Positions 63,610 to 64,000 of a DNA stretch of 64,000 bases are shown piece after piece. How positions within the stretch are numbered: position 1 is the first letter of the stretch; every line of letters begins with the position of its first letter. This stretch comes from a virus: positions 31,052-95,051 of the IMG/VR virus record IMGVR_UViG_3300025030_000061; one strand, written 5' to 3'. Both the position numbers and the translations under genes were made by a program. The notes beneath the pieces are model-generated. The model was given only the letters and a program-made list of their open reading frames with translations, made no database searches and had not been told where the DNA came from.

Positions 63610-64000
63610 CTACTGTTCCCCCTCATCGCCTACGCAGAGTCCGTGGTGGTTCGGGCAGTCGCCGGGGCATCCCTCGGGGCGCTTGTCCTCGATGATCGGT
63701 TTTGGGTCGGTGATCTTGTAGAGGAGCTGCAGGCCGGCGACCACCAGCCGTGCCAGGGCCTCGTCCGCCTCGCGTCCTTCTCCGGTGGTCATATCCATGA
63801 TGCTCCGGCAGCCTTCCGGGTCGTCAAGGTCGAAGCCCACCACCGTCGAGCCGTATTCCTGCCGCTCGTCGGGTTGCAGTTCGCCTTCCTTCATGGGGTT
63901 GCAGTCGCTGTCCAGGGCCTGGATCATGAGGTCTTCGACGGGCTCCCAGATGTTGGCTTCGTTTCCGGTGTAGGCCAAGGTCTTGCCGTGGACGCAGCGG
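63610..64000 (-). CDS. hypothetical protein (5' end probably beyond window)
   Basis: ORF 63610..63978 in the track; the frame appears open to the window edge. Confidence 0.5.
   Translation of the reverse strand, partial: RCVHGKTLAYTGNEANIWEPVEDLMIQALDSDCNPMKEGELQPDERQEYGSTVVGFDLDDPEGCRSIMDMTTGEGREADEALARLVVAGLQLLYKITDPKPIIEDKRPEGCPGDCPNHHGLCVGDEGEQ

Noticed and set aside
1-64000. CRISPR array, integrase, terminase, DNA polymerase
   Set aside because: No regularly spaced repeats and no recognisable motifs for these genes. The genes probably lie outside the window.

Overview
The whole window is phage DNA from a GC-rich, probably temperate myovirus. No host genes are visible. Left arm (+ strand, 1-14.2 kb): early, DNA-modification and recombination genes, including nucleases, a C5 cytosine methyltransferase, a Gp37/68-type protein, a degenerate exonuclease, an RDF-like protein and SbcD/SbcC. 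An attP-like 3' half of tRNA-Leu(CAA) follows, with arm-type repeats on both sides. The rest is almost all on the - strand. In transcription order it holds: portal; head-cargo genes and MuF; an inverted island of small + strand genes; a ~2000-aa polyvalent protein; prohead protease, scaffold and a phage K/A511-like major capsid; neck, sheath, tube, chaperones, tape measure and baseplate; tail fibres/spikes; and lysis genes. Terminase and integrase are not in the window. Four observations stand out. (1) The large head-region ORFs look like polyproteins. Their modules (sigma-like, HAD, ddrB-ParB, GNAT-like, TGT-like, TnsA-like, InPase) are bounded by the same hydrophobic-x-K-[S/A] motif that occurs 13 times in the scaffold. 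Short beta-hairpin tags follow many of these sites, suggesting protease-processed capsid cargo. (2) Tail fibre/tailspike-type genes carry Sec or lipoprotein signal peptides. (3) There are two classes of repeated promoter/operator motif, with an RBS-occluding hairpin at the portal. (4) An unrecognised ~60-aa helical domain is shared between the polyprotein and a divergently transcribed stand-alone gene. All domain calls come from motif recognition by eye, not from database searches.
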